A stretch of 64,000 nt of DNA, taken from NCBI RefSeq assembly GCF_009914755.1, contig NC_060936.1; one strand, given 5' to 3'. Shown in pieces: positions 18,631 to 37,670 of this stretch (positions are counted from its first letter, which is position 1; the number at the start of each line of letters is the position of its first letter). Made by a program: the position numbers and the translations under genes. This DNA is from the human T2T-CHM13v2.0 reference genome, Homo sapiens. A model generated the notes under the pieces. That model ran no database searches and was not told where the DNA came from. It saw nothing but the letters and a program-made list of their open reading frames with translations.

Positions 18631-18891
18631 TGATCTGCACCATGCAGCTGGCGCCCGACTCTGGCCCAACTATGTGGCTTGTAACACACTTGAACTTCTT
18701 GCCATCCGACAGCTGGGACTCGCTCAGCATTTCCACCCCCAGCTTTGACTTCCCCACGATTACACCTCCTGGCTCTTCTATCCACAGGAAGTCAGGGTCA
18801 GGGTATCCCCCATCCCAGCGACAGGTAAGCTGCAACATGAACGATCCTGATGCCATCTGTGCCCAGCACTGGGGAGCTGATGGAGGGGGAT
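18631..18891 (-). CDS. VSIG10: VSIG10 exon 4, Ig-like domain 3
   Basis: 261 nt bounded by AG/GTGAGT. Contains LQLTCRWDGGYPDPDFLW...KFKC. Confidence 0.95.
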
Positions 18892-19133
18892 CTGCAAAAC
18901 ACCAGAGGAAAGCATGGGCTGAATCACAGACTCTAGGATCAGCCACTGGACTGGCTCTAAGGATGGCAGAACCAGGGTCTCAGAGGGACATCAACCCCAG
19001 TTAGTGTTAGCATCTAATAGCTCCTAGCACAAATTCATGCCTGACAACAGTCAGGCTTCCTCTGTTGGGTGTTAAATTTCCGACCTGGGTCTCATTCACC
19101 TTTGCATTTCTTTCTTTGTTTGTTTGTTTTTGA

Positions 19134-19517
<384 letters not shown>

Positions 19518-19829
19518 TGATCCACCCGCCTCAGCCTCCCAAAGTGCTGAGATTACAGACGTGAGCTACCGCGCCCAGCCTCACTTTTGCATTCCTAATT
19601 TATTTTTTCATTTTTTTTTTAAATAGAGACAGGGTTTTGCCATGTTGCCCAGGATGGTCTGAACTGCTGGCCTCAGATGATCCACCTGCCTCGGCCTCCC
19701 AAAGCGCTGAAATTATAGACGTGAGCCACCGCGCTCAGCCCCACTCTGCATTTCTACCGTGGTTTTCGTCCAAGATATTTGCGTATGGGAGTGTTTGGTT
19801 GGTGTTTCCCCACTCCTGAGATAAAGATT

Positions 19830-20815
19830 CACGCGCTACTTGTTCATAACAGTGCTAGAGGGCCCGGTGCCTATGACAGCCACACAGGTCCACAAAAACA
19901 ATGTATACAGATGGATGGATGAACAAATAAATTGTGGTCCATCCACGCAAGGAACGGACTATTATTCAGCCATTAAAAGGAATGGATTACTGATACATGC
20001 CTCAATATAGACGAACCTCAAAAACATGAAGCCAGGTGAAAGAAGCCAGACACAAAAAGCCCCACATTGTATGAGCCATTCATATGAAGTGTACAGAACA
20101 GGCAAACCCACAGGGACAGAATGCGGATTGGGGGTTGTCCAGGTCTGGGGAAAAGAGGGAATGAGGGTGACTGCTTATTGGGTACAGGGTTATTTGGGAT
20201 GACAAAATGGTTATCTGGGATAACAAAAATGTTTCGGAGGGCCAGGAATGGTGGCTCATGCCTGTAATCCCAGTACTTTAGGAGGCTGAGGTGAGCAGAT
20301 CACTTGAGCTCAGGAGTTTGAGGCTAGCCTGGGCAACGTGGGGAGACCCTGTCTCTACTAAAAATAGAAAAATTAGTCGGACATGGTGGTACCTGCCTGT
20401 GGTCCCAGCTACTCTGGAGGCTGAGGTGTGAGAACTGAATTGCTTGAACCTGGAAGGTGGAGGCTGCAGTGAGCAGAGATCTCGCCACTGCACTCTAGCC
20501 TGGGTGACAGAGCGAGACTCGGTCTCAAAAAGAAAAACAAAATGTTTTGGAACCTGATACAGGTGATGGTTGCATAAATGCACTGAATGCCACTGAATTA
20601 TACATTTTTATTTTTACTTTTTTTTGAGACGGAGTCTCGCCCTGTCGCCCAGGCTGAAGTGCAGTGGCACATCTTGGCTCACTGCAACCTCTGCGTCCCA
20701 AGTTCAAGGGATTCTCTGCCTCAGCCTAAGTAGCTAGGATTACAGGTGTGAGCCACTGAGCCCATTCAATTGTACATTGCTAAATGGTTAATCCTACGTA
20801 CTTTCACCTCAATTT
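19830..20815 (+). mobile_element. Old L1M 3'-end fragment interrupted by Alus
   Basis: Typical L1M 3'UTR text, e.g. gatggatgaacaaataaattgtggtccatccac...agaagccagacacaaaaag...atacaggtgatggttgca. Confidence 0.65.
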
Positions 20816-21407
20816 AGGGGAAAGAAAAAAAAAAGAATGCATTAGTGTTCTTCCGTGGTTCCCAAGCACTCTCCTGCACCCCTGCATAGCAGCAAGCTTC
20901 CAGAAGGGATGATTCCCTCCCTGAGTGCAGCAGCCCTGGATGTGTGTATTGAGGGAGCCACAGATACATGTTCAGAAGAATCATGCAGCAGGCACCCCCT
21001 TAAAGACAAATGGGAGGCCGGGCGCAGTGGCTCACGCCTGTAATCCCAGCACTATGGGAAGCCAAGGCGGGTGGATCACCTGAGGTCGGGAGTTCAAGAC
21101 CAGCCTGACCAACATGGAGAAACCCCGTCTCTACTAAAAATACAAAATTAGCTGAGCGTGGTGGCCCATGCCTGTAATCCCAGCTACCTCGGGAGGCTGA
21201 GGCAGGAGAATCGCTTGAACCCATGAGGTGGAGATTGCGGCGAGGTGAGATCGCAACTTTGCACTCCAGCCTGGGCAAGAAGAGGGAAACTCCATCTTAA
21301 AAAAAAAAAAAAAAAAAAAGACAAATGGGAGAGGCACAAACGTGCAGTTCATAAGTTCACAAAGGGTTAAGGGGAAGAAGCGGGGCAGAGGAGTGCTGCT
21401 TACGCAC

Positions 21408-21710
21408 AGTAGACCAGGAGCTCGGTGGTCACCTTTCGATGTCTCTTGCTGAGCTGATTCAAGGCTAAACAGGTGTAGTTCCCTTGGAGGTTTGGCGATA
21501 TCAGTAACAGTGAGAAAAAGTTGACTGTCAGGTTGTGGCCAAAGGACTCGCTGCTGGAATTCAGGGCCTGGAACCACCATTCAACCACGGGTGGTGGCCT
21601 GGAGCTGCTGTTGCAGCTGAAGTCCACCTGGGAGCCCCTGGCTGCATAGAGGGTGCCGTTGGGGAGTGTGCCGGTGGCCACGATGTGGACCTCAATCTGA
21701 TAGGGGCCGC
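21408..21710 (-). CDS. VSIG10: VSIG10 exon 3, Ig-like domain 2
   Basis: 303 nt with an AG acceptor at 21712-21711 and an in-frame GTGCGT donor at 21407-21406. Contains VDFSC...VEW...QGNYTC. Confidence 0.93.
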
Positions 21711-22152
21711 CTGGGAATGACAGGGGGAATAGGATGGCATTAATTATGTAAGAGCTCATTCGATTGCCTTACCAACTCTAATATATAAATGAACAGAAAA
21801 TAGCCAATGAAGAGTATGGTATCTATCTAATACTAGGTGACAAATGCTATGCCAAGTGCCCTGATACATTATTTCATTTAATCCTGGGTGACTATGTGAG
21901 ATTTTTTTAGGGGGATAAATCTTTACAGAACAGCAAAAGTATACATTGCTCCTTTAAAAAACAAAAAACTGTAAGGGCTAGGCACAGTAGCTCATGCCTG
22001 TAATCCTAGCACTTTGGGAGGCTGAGGAAGGAGGATCACTTGAGGCCAGGAGTTCCAGACCAACCTGGGAAACATAGTGAGACCCCATTTCTACAAAAAA
22101 ATTAAAAATTAGGGCCAGCGCGGTGGCTCATGCCTGAATTCCCAGCACTTTA

Positions 22153-22464
<312 letters not shown>

Positions 22465-22902
22465 CTAGCATTTTGGGAGGCTGAGGTAGGAGGATCACTT
22501 GAGGCCAGGAGTTCCAGACCAACCTAGGAAACATAGCTAGACCCAATCTCTACAAAAAATTTAAAAATTAGGGCCAGCGCGGTGGCTCATTCCTGAATTC
22601 CTAGCACTTTGGGAGGCCAAGACAGGCAAATCACTTGAGGTCAGGAGTTTGAGACCAGCCTGGCTAACATGACTAAATCATGTCTCTACAAAAAATACCA
22701 AAATTAGTTGGGCGTGGTGGCACACACCTGTAATCCCAGCTACTTGGGAGGCTGAGGCATGAGAATTGCTTGAACCTGGGAGGAAGAGGTTTGCAGTGAG
22801 CCAAGATCACACCACTACACTCCAGCCTGGGCAACAGAGTGAGACTTCATCTCAAAATAAATAAATAAATAAATAGCCAGGTGTGGTATCATGTGCCTAT
22901 AG

Positions 22903-23145
<243 letters not shown>

Positions 23146-24106
23146 TAGCATTTTGGGAAGATGAGGCAAAAGATCACATGAGCCCAGGAGTTCGAGACCA
23201 GCCTGGGCAACATGGCAAAACCCCATCTCAAAAAACACCAAAGAATTTGCCAGGCGTGGTGGTGCAGGTAAGTAGTCCCAGCTATTCAGGAGGCTGAGGT
23301 GGGAGGATCACTTCAGCCCAGGAGGTGGAGGTTGCAGTGAGCTGTGATTGTGCCAGTACACTCCAGCCTGGGTGACACAATGAGACCCTCCCTATCTCAA
23401 GAAAAAAAAGAAAAGGAAAAGCTTTGCCAAATCCTGTTCTAGAACAATCTACAGCTGCTGCCTTCCTGTTCTTTGCTGTCCTCTTTGACATCAGAATTCA
23501 CTTCTTTCCTTACCCACCACAAATATAGGTTGGCCAGTCAAGAGCTGCAAAAGGTTCATTTACATCTCAGTATCTTGAATTCCTTGCTAACAGGAAAAGT
23601 TACCTTATCTTCAGCTATTTACTCTTTAGACCAGGAATTTTATTCGAAAATGACTTCAGAATGCACCACACAGTCTGTGCTAATCAGTTAATGTGTACTT
23701 CTTCAATGGGATAAGGTCTGTGGGAAGACTTACAGACTGTGATATCACCTTTATAGGCAAAATCAACAACCGACTTTCTCTTGATCTCCCTAGTGACTGC
23801 CACGCAAAGAGCCCATCCCAGAGATCTGCAGGCTCCTATAAGCACCAATCTCTGCTACAGATAAGCTTGGCAGGCCAGGCACGGTGGCTCATCCTGTAAT
23901 CCCAGCGCTTTGGGAGGCCGAGGTGGGTGGATCACTTGAGGTCAGGAGTTTGAGACCCACCTGGCCAACATGGTGAAACCCCATCTCTACTAAAAATACA
24001 AAAATCAGCTGGGCGTGGTAGAGCATGCCTGTAATCCCAGCTACTCAGGAGGCTGAAGCAAGAGAATCACCTAAACAAGGTCAGGAGATCGAGACCATCC
24101 TGGCTA

Positions 24107-24430
<324 letters not shown>

Positions 24431-24832
24431 CTACACTGTGAGAAGACATAGCGACACCACCACCAACACAGACAAAGAGCTGTTGGTGGGTCCATATCAG
24501 ACAGGTCCATCAGCCAGGAAACATGGATCTTTCTGAGATTCCCTTTCTTGGAAGTTTGGACTGAAGGCCACATCACTGGCTAGAGAGGAGGTCCCCATCC
24601 CCCAAACCCAACTGAATCCTAAGCCTCTTGGAGGTAGACACAGACCAGCTTCCTCATTGCTCACGTGCGAGCTGGTTCCATTGTTCCCCAAACACTTGTT
24701 TGGCCTGAGAAAAACAGACACAGGGAGAGCCTGGCACTGTGTGCCATGAAATCTGACTGGGGTCTTTCATGGGCTGATTTATCTCTCGATAGCTAAGCTC
24801 CTCAAATGCATATATAAGAGACAATATCTTTA

Positions 24833-25165
<333 letters not shown>

Positions 25166-26490
25166 TCACGCCTGTAATCCCAGCACTTTGGGAGCCCAAG
25201 GCGTGTGGATCACCTGAGGTCAGGAGTTCAAGACCCAGCCTGGCCAACATGGTGAAACCCTGTCTTTTCTAAAAATACAAAGAATTAGCCAGGCGTGATG
25301 GCAAATGCGTGTAATACCACCTACTTGGGAGGCGAGGCAGGAGAATCGCTTGAACCCGGGAGGCAGAGGTTGCAGTGAGCTCAGATTGCACCACTGCACT
25401 CCAGCCTGGGCAACAAGAGCGAAACTTTGTCTCAAAAAAAAAAAAGCACAAAGTCAGCTGGGCACGGTGGCTCACCTCTGTAATCCCAGCACTTTGGGAG
25501 GCGGAGGCAGGCGGATCACTTGAGGTCAGGAGTTCAAGACCACCCTGGGCAATATGGCAAAACAAAACCCTGTCTCTACTAAAAACACAAAAATTATTCA
25601 GGCGTGGTAGTGGGTGCCTGTAATCCCAGCTACTTGGGAGGCTGGGGCAGGAGAATAGCTTGAACCCAGGAGGCAGAGGCTGCCATGAGCCGAGATCATG
25701 CCAGTGTGGGTGACCAAGTAAAACTGCGTCTCAAAAAAAAAAAGTGTACCAGGATATGGGAAAGGCTGTGACACCTTCCCTATCTGACCAGCCTGTCTGC
25801 AGGTAAACACATGGCTGTTCCAATATCATACCCACTCCAATTTGGAGGTAGCAGGGATGGGTCAATTGATGAAATAAACAGCTGTGTGGCCGGGTAAGAT
25901 GGATCCTGCCTATAATCTCAGCATTGTGGGAGGCTGACACGGGAGGATCGCTTGAACCCAGTAGTTCAAGACCAGCCTGAGCAACATAATGAGGCCCTGT
26001 CTCTGCAAAAATATTTGTTTAATCAATTTATTTATTTACTTATGTATTTTTTTGAGATGGAGTCTCACTCTGTCACCCAGGCTGGAGTGCAGTGGTGAAA
26101 ACTCAGCTCACTGCAAACTCCGCTTCCTGGGTTCAAATGATTCTCCCACATCAGCCTCCTGAGTAGCTGAGATGACAGGCGTGTGTCACCACGCCCAGCT
26201 AATTTTTTTGTATTTTTAATAGAAATGGGGTTTCACTATGTTGGCCAAGGCGGTTTCAAACTTCCGACCTCAGGTGATCTGCCCACCTTGGTCTCCCAAA
26301 GCGCTGGGATTACAGGCGTGAGCCACCACTCCCAGCCTAAATTTAAAAATTGAAAAAAAAAAAAAAGAAAGAAAGAAAGAAACGGCGTTGGCAGCCCTTA
26401 ACTGCTCTGGACCAAGGGATTTCTGTACATTTAGAAGCAGAGTCTCAATCCTAATGGCAAGACCCTTCAACTTCACCTTTCAATTAACAG

Positions 26491-26646
26491 GGAGCAGTGC
26501 ATACTCTTGTTGTGGGATGAGTGATGAAATCACACCACGGGTGCCCATTCCAGGCAGGTTGAATTGCCCCGGGCCTACAGAAAACCTAACCTCCTACAAG
26601 ACAGAGACACCAAATGCCCACCGATGGACAAGCAGAGGACCAAGGG
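26491..26646 (+). ncRNA. Candidate internal exon of an antisense transcript in VSIG10 intron 2
   Basis: Branch-like CTAAT at 26451-26455, then cttcacctttcaattaacag| 156 nt of unique sequence |gtaagg. Confidence 0.5.
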
Positions 26647-27318
26647 GTAAGGAGGGAGAAATCTAGCAACCTCCCTACTTCCATTTCCATGTTTCTACAG
26701 CATCTCTGTCCATTCACACATCCCCAGCCACTTGCAGATAACAAACTGTCATATCTTGGAATTTGTTCCCCCTAGATTCCAAGGCCATGTTAGAATGTTT
26801 CCAAATTGTTCTCCTTAAGAGAAGGAGGGGGCTGGGCGAGGTGGTTCATATCTGTAAGCCCAGCACTTTGGGAGGCCAAGGAGGGAAGACTGCTTGAGCC
26901 CAGGAGTTCAAAACCAGCCTGGGCAATATAGTGAGACCTTGTCTCTACAAAAAAACTAAAAAATTAGCCGAGTGTGGTGGCACACACTATTAGTCTCAGC
27001 TACTCAGGACGGTGAGATAAAAGAATCACTTGAGCCTAGGAATTCAAGGCTGTAGTGAGCCGAAATCACACCACTGCACTCCAGCCTGGGTGACAGAGTG
27101 AGATCCTGTCTCAAAAAAAAAAAAAAAAAAAAGAGAGAGAAGGAGGTAATGTGACTCAGCTAGCAACTACATCAGTGAAAAGATCTGGGCACAAAGAGTC
27201 CCTAACCCACAGCAAGACCTGTTCGAAAGACCCAGATGAGGCTGGGCGCGGTGGCTCATGCCTGTAATCCCAGGACTTTGGGAGGCCGAGGCGGGTGGAT
27301 CACGAGGTTAGGAGTTCA

Positions 27319-27648
<330 letters not shown>

Positions 27649-28386
27649 TTATCTCATTAATGCATAACACAAATCCGTAACTCCTTCCACCGTTACCCTC
27701 AATTTCACAGACAATAAAACTAACACTGGAGTTCAAGGGACTTTCCCAAGGTCACACAGACAACAACAGCTAATAGAACGTGGATTTGAACCCAGTCATC
27801 TGGACCACTCCAAAATACCACTGCCATCCCAGAAAGAGGCTGAATCAAACCTAATCTATTTTCCTAAATCTACGCAAAAATGAGGGCCAACTCCAATCAG
27901 AGATGTCACGCCCTCCCCGCTGGCCACTGTCGGGGAGCAACACAGGCTTCCAAGGCAGAGAGGAGTCTGCTGTTTAGCCCAGGGACCTCCTAAGATGAGA
28001 ACCAGGAGACCAACCCCAGACGGCTCTGGTGTATTTGAATCAAAGGGTATCTGTGTCTGGTTTTCACAAACAAGCCCTACATCAGTCAAGGACCCCATGT
28101 ATTTCCACGTGAAGAAATTTCCATACTATGAATCACAGCACAGTAACTAAGACATGCACAGGACTTCCCTGGAGGGAGTACAAAGTGCCACTGGAATTCA
28201 GTGACATTTTTATTCCTTTTTCTTTTTTTTTTTTTTTTATGAGACAGACTCTTGTTCTGTCACCCAGGCTGGGGTGCAGTGGTGCCATCTCGGCTCACTG
28301 CAACCTCCGCCCTCCCCGGTTGAAGCTTTTCTTGTGTGTCAGCCTCCCACGCATCTGGGATCACAGGTGTGCATCATCACACCTGA

Positions 28387-28524
<138 letters not shown>

Positions 28525-29387
28525 TGAGTTCAGTGACATTTTTAAAGTTGCAAGTTCACGTTCATTGCAACAAGACCTTGCCTTTATCTCCCTACAGGGC
28601 AATAATGAAACTAATCCATCCTCCAATAAACTTAGCCAATGATTAACAAATCAGTGTCTGATCAAGTCATCATAAACTAAAGAGAGTGATGATAAAGAAA
28701 CAAAAAGTTGCAATGTCGCCTTACCCCACTGTGGATAAAAGATAAGGTTATTCATTGATGAGATGGACAGGAAGCGATGACTAATTATTTTGGGCAGGTG
28801 GACTGAGGGAGACCAGCCAGCACTTGCCCGTAGGCTCACAGTGGGAACCAAACAGTGGGGCCAAGATGGGTGACATTTTTTAATGCACCCCCTTCATTCC
28901 TGGCATCACCCAGGAATTTATCTATGGCCTCTCCAGACACAGAAACACTGCTGTAATGGACGATGCCCTAATCTTTGAGAATTGGCAGAAACCTTAGACA
29001 TCACCCAAAACCAAGAAGTGTCCTGGAAGCCTCTCTTTCCTTTATCCTCTACTTCTGATCCAGCAGCGAGTCCTGCTGGTCTCCTTCCAAAATATTTTCC
29101 AAACCTGTGCATTTTCACCAAGGCCACTGTCGCCACCCTGTCTGGTCACCGACTCTGTATACCTTCAATTCTCCCTTCCCTGTTTTATTTCATCAGCTCT
29201 TCTTGATACCAAACACATACATTTTCCATGTGCAAATGAAATGGTGCCACACCCCTGCTGGAAGCTCCCGGAGTTTCTCCTGCACACAGAATAAAATCAC
29301 AACTCCTAGCCAGGCACAATGGCTCACGCCTGTAATCCCACACTTTGGGAGGCTGAGGCGGGCGGATCACCTGGGGTCAGGAGTTCA

Positions 29388-29600
<213 letters not shown>

Positions 29601-30299
29601 CTAAGGATGTCAGTCAAACTGGGCTAGTGCCCACCCTAATGATGTCTTCTTAACTTGATTGTATCTGCAAAGACCCTATTTCCAAATAAGCTCACATTCG
29701 TAGATACCAAAGGTTAGGACTTCCACATATCTTTTTGGGGGACATAATTCAATCCATAGCACAGGTCCTACTTGGCCCCAGTCTGGCCTGGCCTCCCATA
29801 TTTCACACGGCCTGCCCTCTTACACACGAGGCGAGGCCCCTGCCACGCCGGCCTTCTCCCTATCTGTGAATGCACCACACTCAGCTCAACCTGTCCTGTT
29901 CTGCCTGGAAAGAGAATTGGCAGAATTCTTCTCCTTTTATTTTTTCAGAGACAGGGTCTCTCTGTCACCCAGGATGGAGTGCAGTGGTGTGATCATGACT
30001 TACTGCAGTTTTGATCTCCTGGGCTCAAGCGATCCTCCCACCTCAGCCCCTCAAAGTGCTGGGATTACAGGGATGAGCCACTGTGCCCAGCCCTACTTAC
30101 CAATCAGTTTAAATGTCACTACTTCCAGGCCAGATGCAGTGGTTCATGTCTGTAATCCCAGCTTTTTGGGGGACCAAGGCGGGTGGATCACTTGTGGTCA
30201 AGAGTTCGAGACACGCCTGGCCAACATGGAAAAACCCCATCTCTACTGAAAATACAAAAAAATAGCAGGTTTGGTGGCACACATCTGTAATCCCAGCTA

Positions 30300-30407
<108 letters not shown>

Positions 30408-30579
30408 TCAAACAAACAAACAACAACAAAAAAGTCATTACTTCCAAAATCTCCCCTCTGGCCTCCCAAGTTAAAATGTTTCAGGGGCTGGGTACGGTGG
30501 CTCACGCCTGTAATCCCAACACTTTGGGAGGTCGAGGCAGGCGGATCACGAGGTCAGGAGATCGAGACCATCCTGGCTA

Positions 30580-30844
<265 letters not shown>

Positions 30845-30996
30845 TCAAGGGCAGAGACCTTGTCTGCCTTCTTCACACCTGTGGTCCAGTGCCTAGAACA
30901 GTGTCTGGCATCAAGCTCTCAATGAATCTATGTTGAATAAAGGAATTAGTAGGTTCTTTATTTTACAGATGAGGAATCTTGGATCCAGAACAGTGA

Positions 30997-31215
<219 letters not shown>

Positions 31216-32400
31216 TAGAAACGGGGTTTCACCATGTTAGCCAGGCTGGTCTTGAACTGACCTCAGGTGATCTGCCCGCCTCGGCCTCCCAAAGTGCTGC
31301 GATTACAGGCGTGAGCCACCACATCCAGCCTATTCTTTTTATTTTTATTTTGAGGCAGGATCTCACTCTGTAGCCCAGGGTGGAGTACAGTGGCACCATC
31401 TTGGCTCACTGCAACCTCCGTCTCCCAGCTCAAGCGATCCTCCCCACTCGGCCTCCTGAATGGCTGGGACTACAGGTGCATGACACCATGCCCAGCTAAT
31501 TACTATTTTCTAAACTTTTTGTAGAGATGGGGTCTCACTACATTCCCTAGGCTGGTCTCAGACTCCTGGGCTCAAGCAATCATCCCGTCTCAGCCTCCCA
31601 AAATGCTAGGATTATGGGCATGAGCCACCGTACCTGGCCTCCCATGGGTATGTCTACTAAACTACATGCCCTGAATCCAGAGCATGGATGTCCTTCTAAT
31701 CCAGTGACCAGCAAACTCTCTCTGTAAAGGGCCAGAGAGCAAATAAATTTGGCTTTGAAGCCCATAGGATCTATGTTAACAGCCACTCACCTCTGCCATA
31801 GTTAGTAACAAAGGTAGAGATAATATGTAAATAAATGAATGTGGCTATATTCCAATAAAACTTTATTTACGAACACCAACATTTCAATTTCATTTCATAT
31901 GATTTTCTTTTTCTTTTTTTTTTTTTTTGAGACAGGGTCTTGCTCTGTCACCCAGGCTGGAATGCAGTGGCGTGATCACAGTTCACTGCAGCCTCGACCT
32001 CCCTGGGCTCAAGCAATCCTCCCACCTCAGCCTCCTGAGTAGCTGGAACTACAGGCACACGCCATCACACCCAGCTAGTTTTTTCACTTTTTGTAGAAAT
32101 GGGGTCTTGCTATGTTGCCAGGGCTGGTCTCAAACTCCTGGGCTCAAATCATCCGTCCGCCTCAGCCTCCCAAAGTGCTGGGATTACCGACGTGACCCAC
32201 TGCATCTGGCTTTCATGATTTTCATGTCACAAATATCCTTTTTTTTCCAACCATTTAAAAATATAAAAAATATTCATAATTGGCTGGGCATGGTGGCTCA
32301 CGCCTGTAATCCCAGCACTTTGGGAGCCCGAGGCAGGCAGATCACAAGGTCAGGAGATCGAGACCATCCTGGCTAACACAGTGAAACCCTGTCTCTGCTA

Positions 32401-32544
<144 letters not shown>

Positions 32545-32964
32545 CTAGGCGACAGAGTGAGACTCCATCTCAAAAAAAAAAAAAATTCATAATCTGCAGG
32601 CCATACAACAGCAGGCTGTAGTTTACAACCTCGCACTCTAAATTCTTTTTTTAATAATTTTTTGTAAATATGGGGTCTCACTATGTTAACCAAGCTGGTT
32701 CCAAACTCTTCGCTCAAATGATTCTCCCACCTCAGCCTCCCAAAGTGCTGGGATTACAGGCATGAGCCACAGCACCCGGCCTGCTGTAAATCCATATGTG
32801 TATATCAGCAGATATGACAGACTGTTTTAGGAAAGTGCAATAGGAAAGGTGGCTCATGCCAAGCCCTGTACTTAGCACCGTAGTATAAGAGTGCTCACTA
32901 TAGCTGGACACGGTGGCTCATGCTTGTAATCCCAGTACTTTGGGAGGCCGAGGTGGGCAGATCA

Positions 32965-33228
<264 letters not shown>

Positions 33229-33623
33229 CTACACTTGACAAAGCAGGCAATGTATTATCCCCCATTAACAAATGAGGAAAACTGGAGCTCAGAGATATGA
33301 AGCTACTTATTCAAGGTGACACAGAACTCAGTGACAGCCTTCGCCCTGGAATTCAGGCAGTCTGACTTGACTCCATATGTTTTTTTTAGAGGCAGGGTCT
33401 CCCTGTGTTGCCCAGGCTGGAGTGCAGTGGCTATTGATAGGTGCAATTATGGTGCACTGCAGCCTGGAGCTCCTGGACCCAGGCAATCCTGAGTAGCTGG
33501 GACTACAGTCCCACACCACCGCACCTGGCTTTGATTATGATATACTGTAACTTTGTTACATAATAAAATGATATTAATAGCAAAGATGATATTAACAACA
33601 AGCTAAAAATAAAAGCTTATTAA

Positions 33624-33906
<283 letters not shown>

Positions 33907-34010
33907 TGACCTCCCAAAGTGCTGGAATTACAGGCATGAGCCACCATGCCTGGCCTAACGCACTTTATAAACTGGTATCTATTCTTCACAGCAATTCTAA
34001 GAAGCAATAA

Positions 34011-34304
<294 letters not shown>

Positions 34305-34362
34305 TAGCTGGGACTACAGGTGCGCGCCACCACGCTCAGCTAATTTTTTATATTTTTAATAG

Positions 34363-34644
<282 letters not shown>

Positions 34645-34805
34645 TGAGGAAATAGAGGTGTGAGAGGTCCCTCAGCTTCCATGTGGCAGGGCCCAGAATG
34701 ATTTCCAGGCCATCCGAACCCAAAACCCATATTCCTGACCATGGTCTCCTCCTTTCCAAGGCTCCGAGCACCTCTCCAGCCCCGGTCCCTGCCAGCCCCA
34801 CTTAC

Positions 34806-35087
34806 TGGCCACCTGCAGCCACACTTGGAACCACTGAGTCACATTCAGGATCTCCTGGCAGGTGTAGATTCCCTCATCTCCCAGGCTCAGCGATTCAATG
34901 TGCAGGGAGGTGGCATCCACTAGAGAGAAGCGAGGCTCAGCTGGCCGGAGGCTAGAGTTGGACGAGAGAAGGAAGACAGGCTCCGAGTTGTTCCGGTACC
35001 AGGTCACCTGGCCCCTCAGTCCCGAGATGTTGCCACAGTGCAGAGTAACATTCTCATGAACTTCTCCAATGACAACAGCCTCCAATC
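34806..35087 (-). CDS. VSIG10: VSIG10 exon 2, N-terminal Ig (V-like) domain
   Basis: 282 nt bounded by AG/GTAAGT. Contains VTLHC...VTWY...DEGIYTC. Confidence 0.96.
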
Positions 35088-35179
35088 CTGTACAAGGCAA
35101 GATCAGGCTGTTACTACCCTTCTTAATTTCTAAACAATGTCCCTTTTTGGACAGTACTCCTGTATTAGGATTTTTTTAA

Positions 35180-35659
<480 letters not shown>

Positions 35660-35662
35660 CTA

Positions 35663-36310
<648 letters not shown>

Positions 36311-37001
36311 CTAAAAACAAAACAAACAAACAAACAAACAACACATACAGAACGTCTGGTATGTTGGGACTCTTGGCCAGTCACTGACAATAATGAACTT
36401 GTAGTAGGTAACAAACATAGCCCCAGTTGTCCACCCAGTCTGCCCACCATCCATGCCCCACATCACTGGGGGGCCATCCCACTCTTTGTGAGGACTCAGC
36501 CATGAGCCCTGTTTTGGCCCATGGGATGTTGGGAATGTGACACAAGCAGAGTCTTTAAAGTGTTTGTCTATAATCACTACAGAAATGCAAATCAAAACTG
36601 CAATGAGGCCGGGAGCCGTGGCTCATGCCTGTAATTCCAGCACGCTGGGAGGCCGAGGGAGGAGGTTTCACTTGAGGCCAGGAGTTCGAGACTAGCCTGG
36701 CCAACATGGTGAAACCCCGTCTCTGCTAAAAATGCAAAAATTAGCCAGGCGTGGTGGCGCACACCTGTAGTCCCAGCTACTCAGGAGGCTGAGGCACGAG
36801 AATCACTTGAACCTAGGAGGTAGAGGTTGCAGTGAGCCAAGATTGTGCCACTGCACTGCAGCCTGGGTGACGGGGCAAGACTCTGTCTCAAAAACAAGAA
36901 ACAAACAAACAAACAAACAAAAGGCCGGGCTCCACGCCTGTAATCCCAGCACTTTGGGAGGCTGAGGCGGTGGATCACCTGAGCTCAGGAGTTCGAGACT
37001 A

Positions 37002-37196
<195 letters not shown>

Positions 37197-37495
37197 TCAA
37201 ATAAATAAATAAACAAACTACATGGTACAGACCCAAGTTGTCTCAGTGGCTCCAGCCTGGCCCATTCTAGATCAGCCTTCAGCTAGTCATCGATCCCCAG
37301 GCAGATCAGCAGAGCCCCCTAACCAACCACCCCAGCCTGTGGGTAATAAGCACTACTGTCATTTTGGGGTTGTTTCTTATACAGCATTACTGTGGCGATC
37401 AATAATTGATACAGAACCCAAGTGGCTTTATTTGCCTAGAAATCCAGAAGGGGTAGAAAGAAGAGGGCTTTGGCTTTGTTTCCACTGTCCCACTG

Positions 37496-37670
37496 CTCTC
37501 TCTGCCTCTCCCTCTCTCTCCGCCTCTCCCTCTCTCTCCGCCTCTCCCTCTCTCTCCGCCTCTCCCTCTCTCTCCGCCTCTCCCTCTCTCTCCGCCTCTC
37601 CCTCTCTCTCCGCCTCTCCCTCTCTCTCCGCCTCTCCCTCTCTCTCTGCCTCTCCATCTCTCTCCATCTC
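37496..37670 (+). repeat. 18-bp minisatellite (CTCTCCCTCTCTCTCCGC) x ~9
   Basis: Seen directly. It gives (SASPSL)n and (EGEAER)n in the ORF track. Confidence 0.95.

Noticed and set aside
26515-26600. GTGATGA as a C/D snoRNA box C
   Set aside because: No CTGA box D with a terminal stem at a suitable distance, and it is antisense to the host intron.
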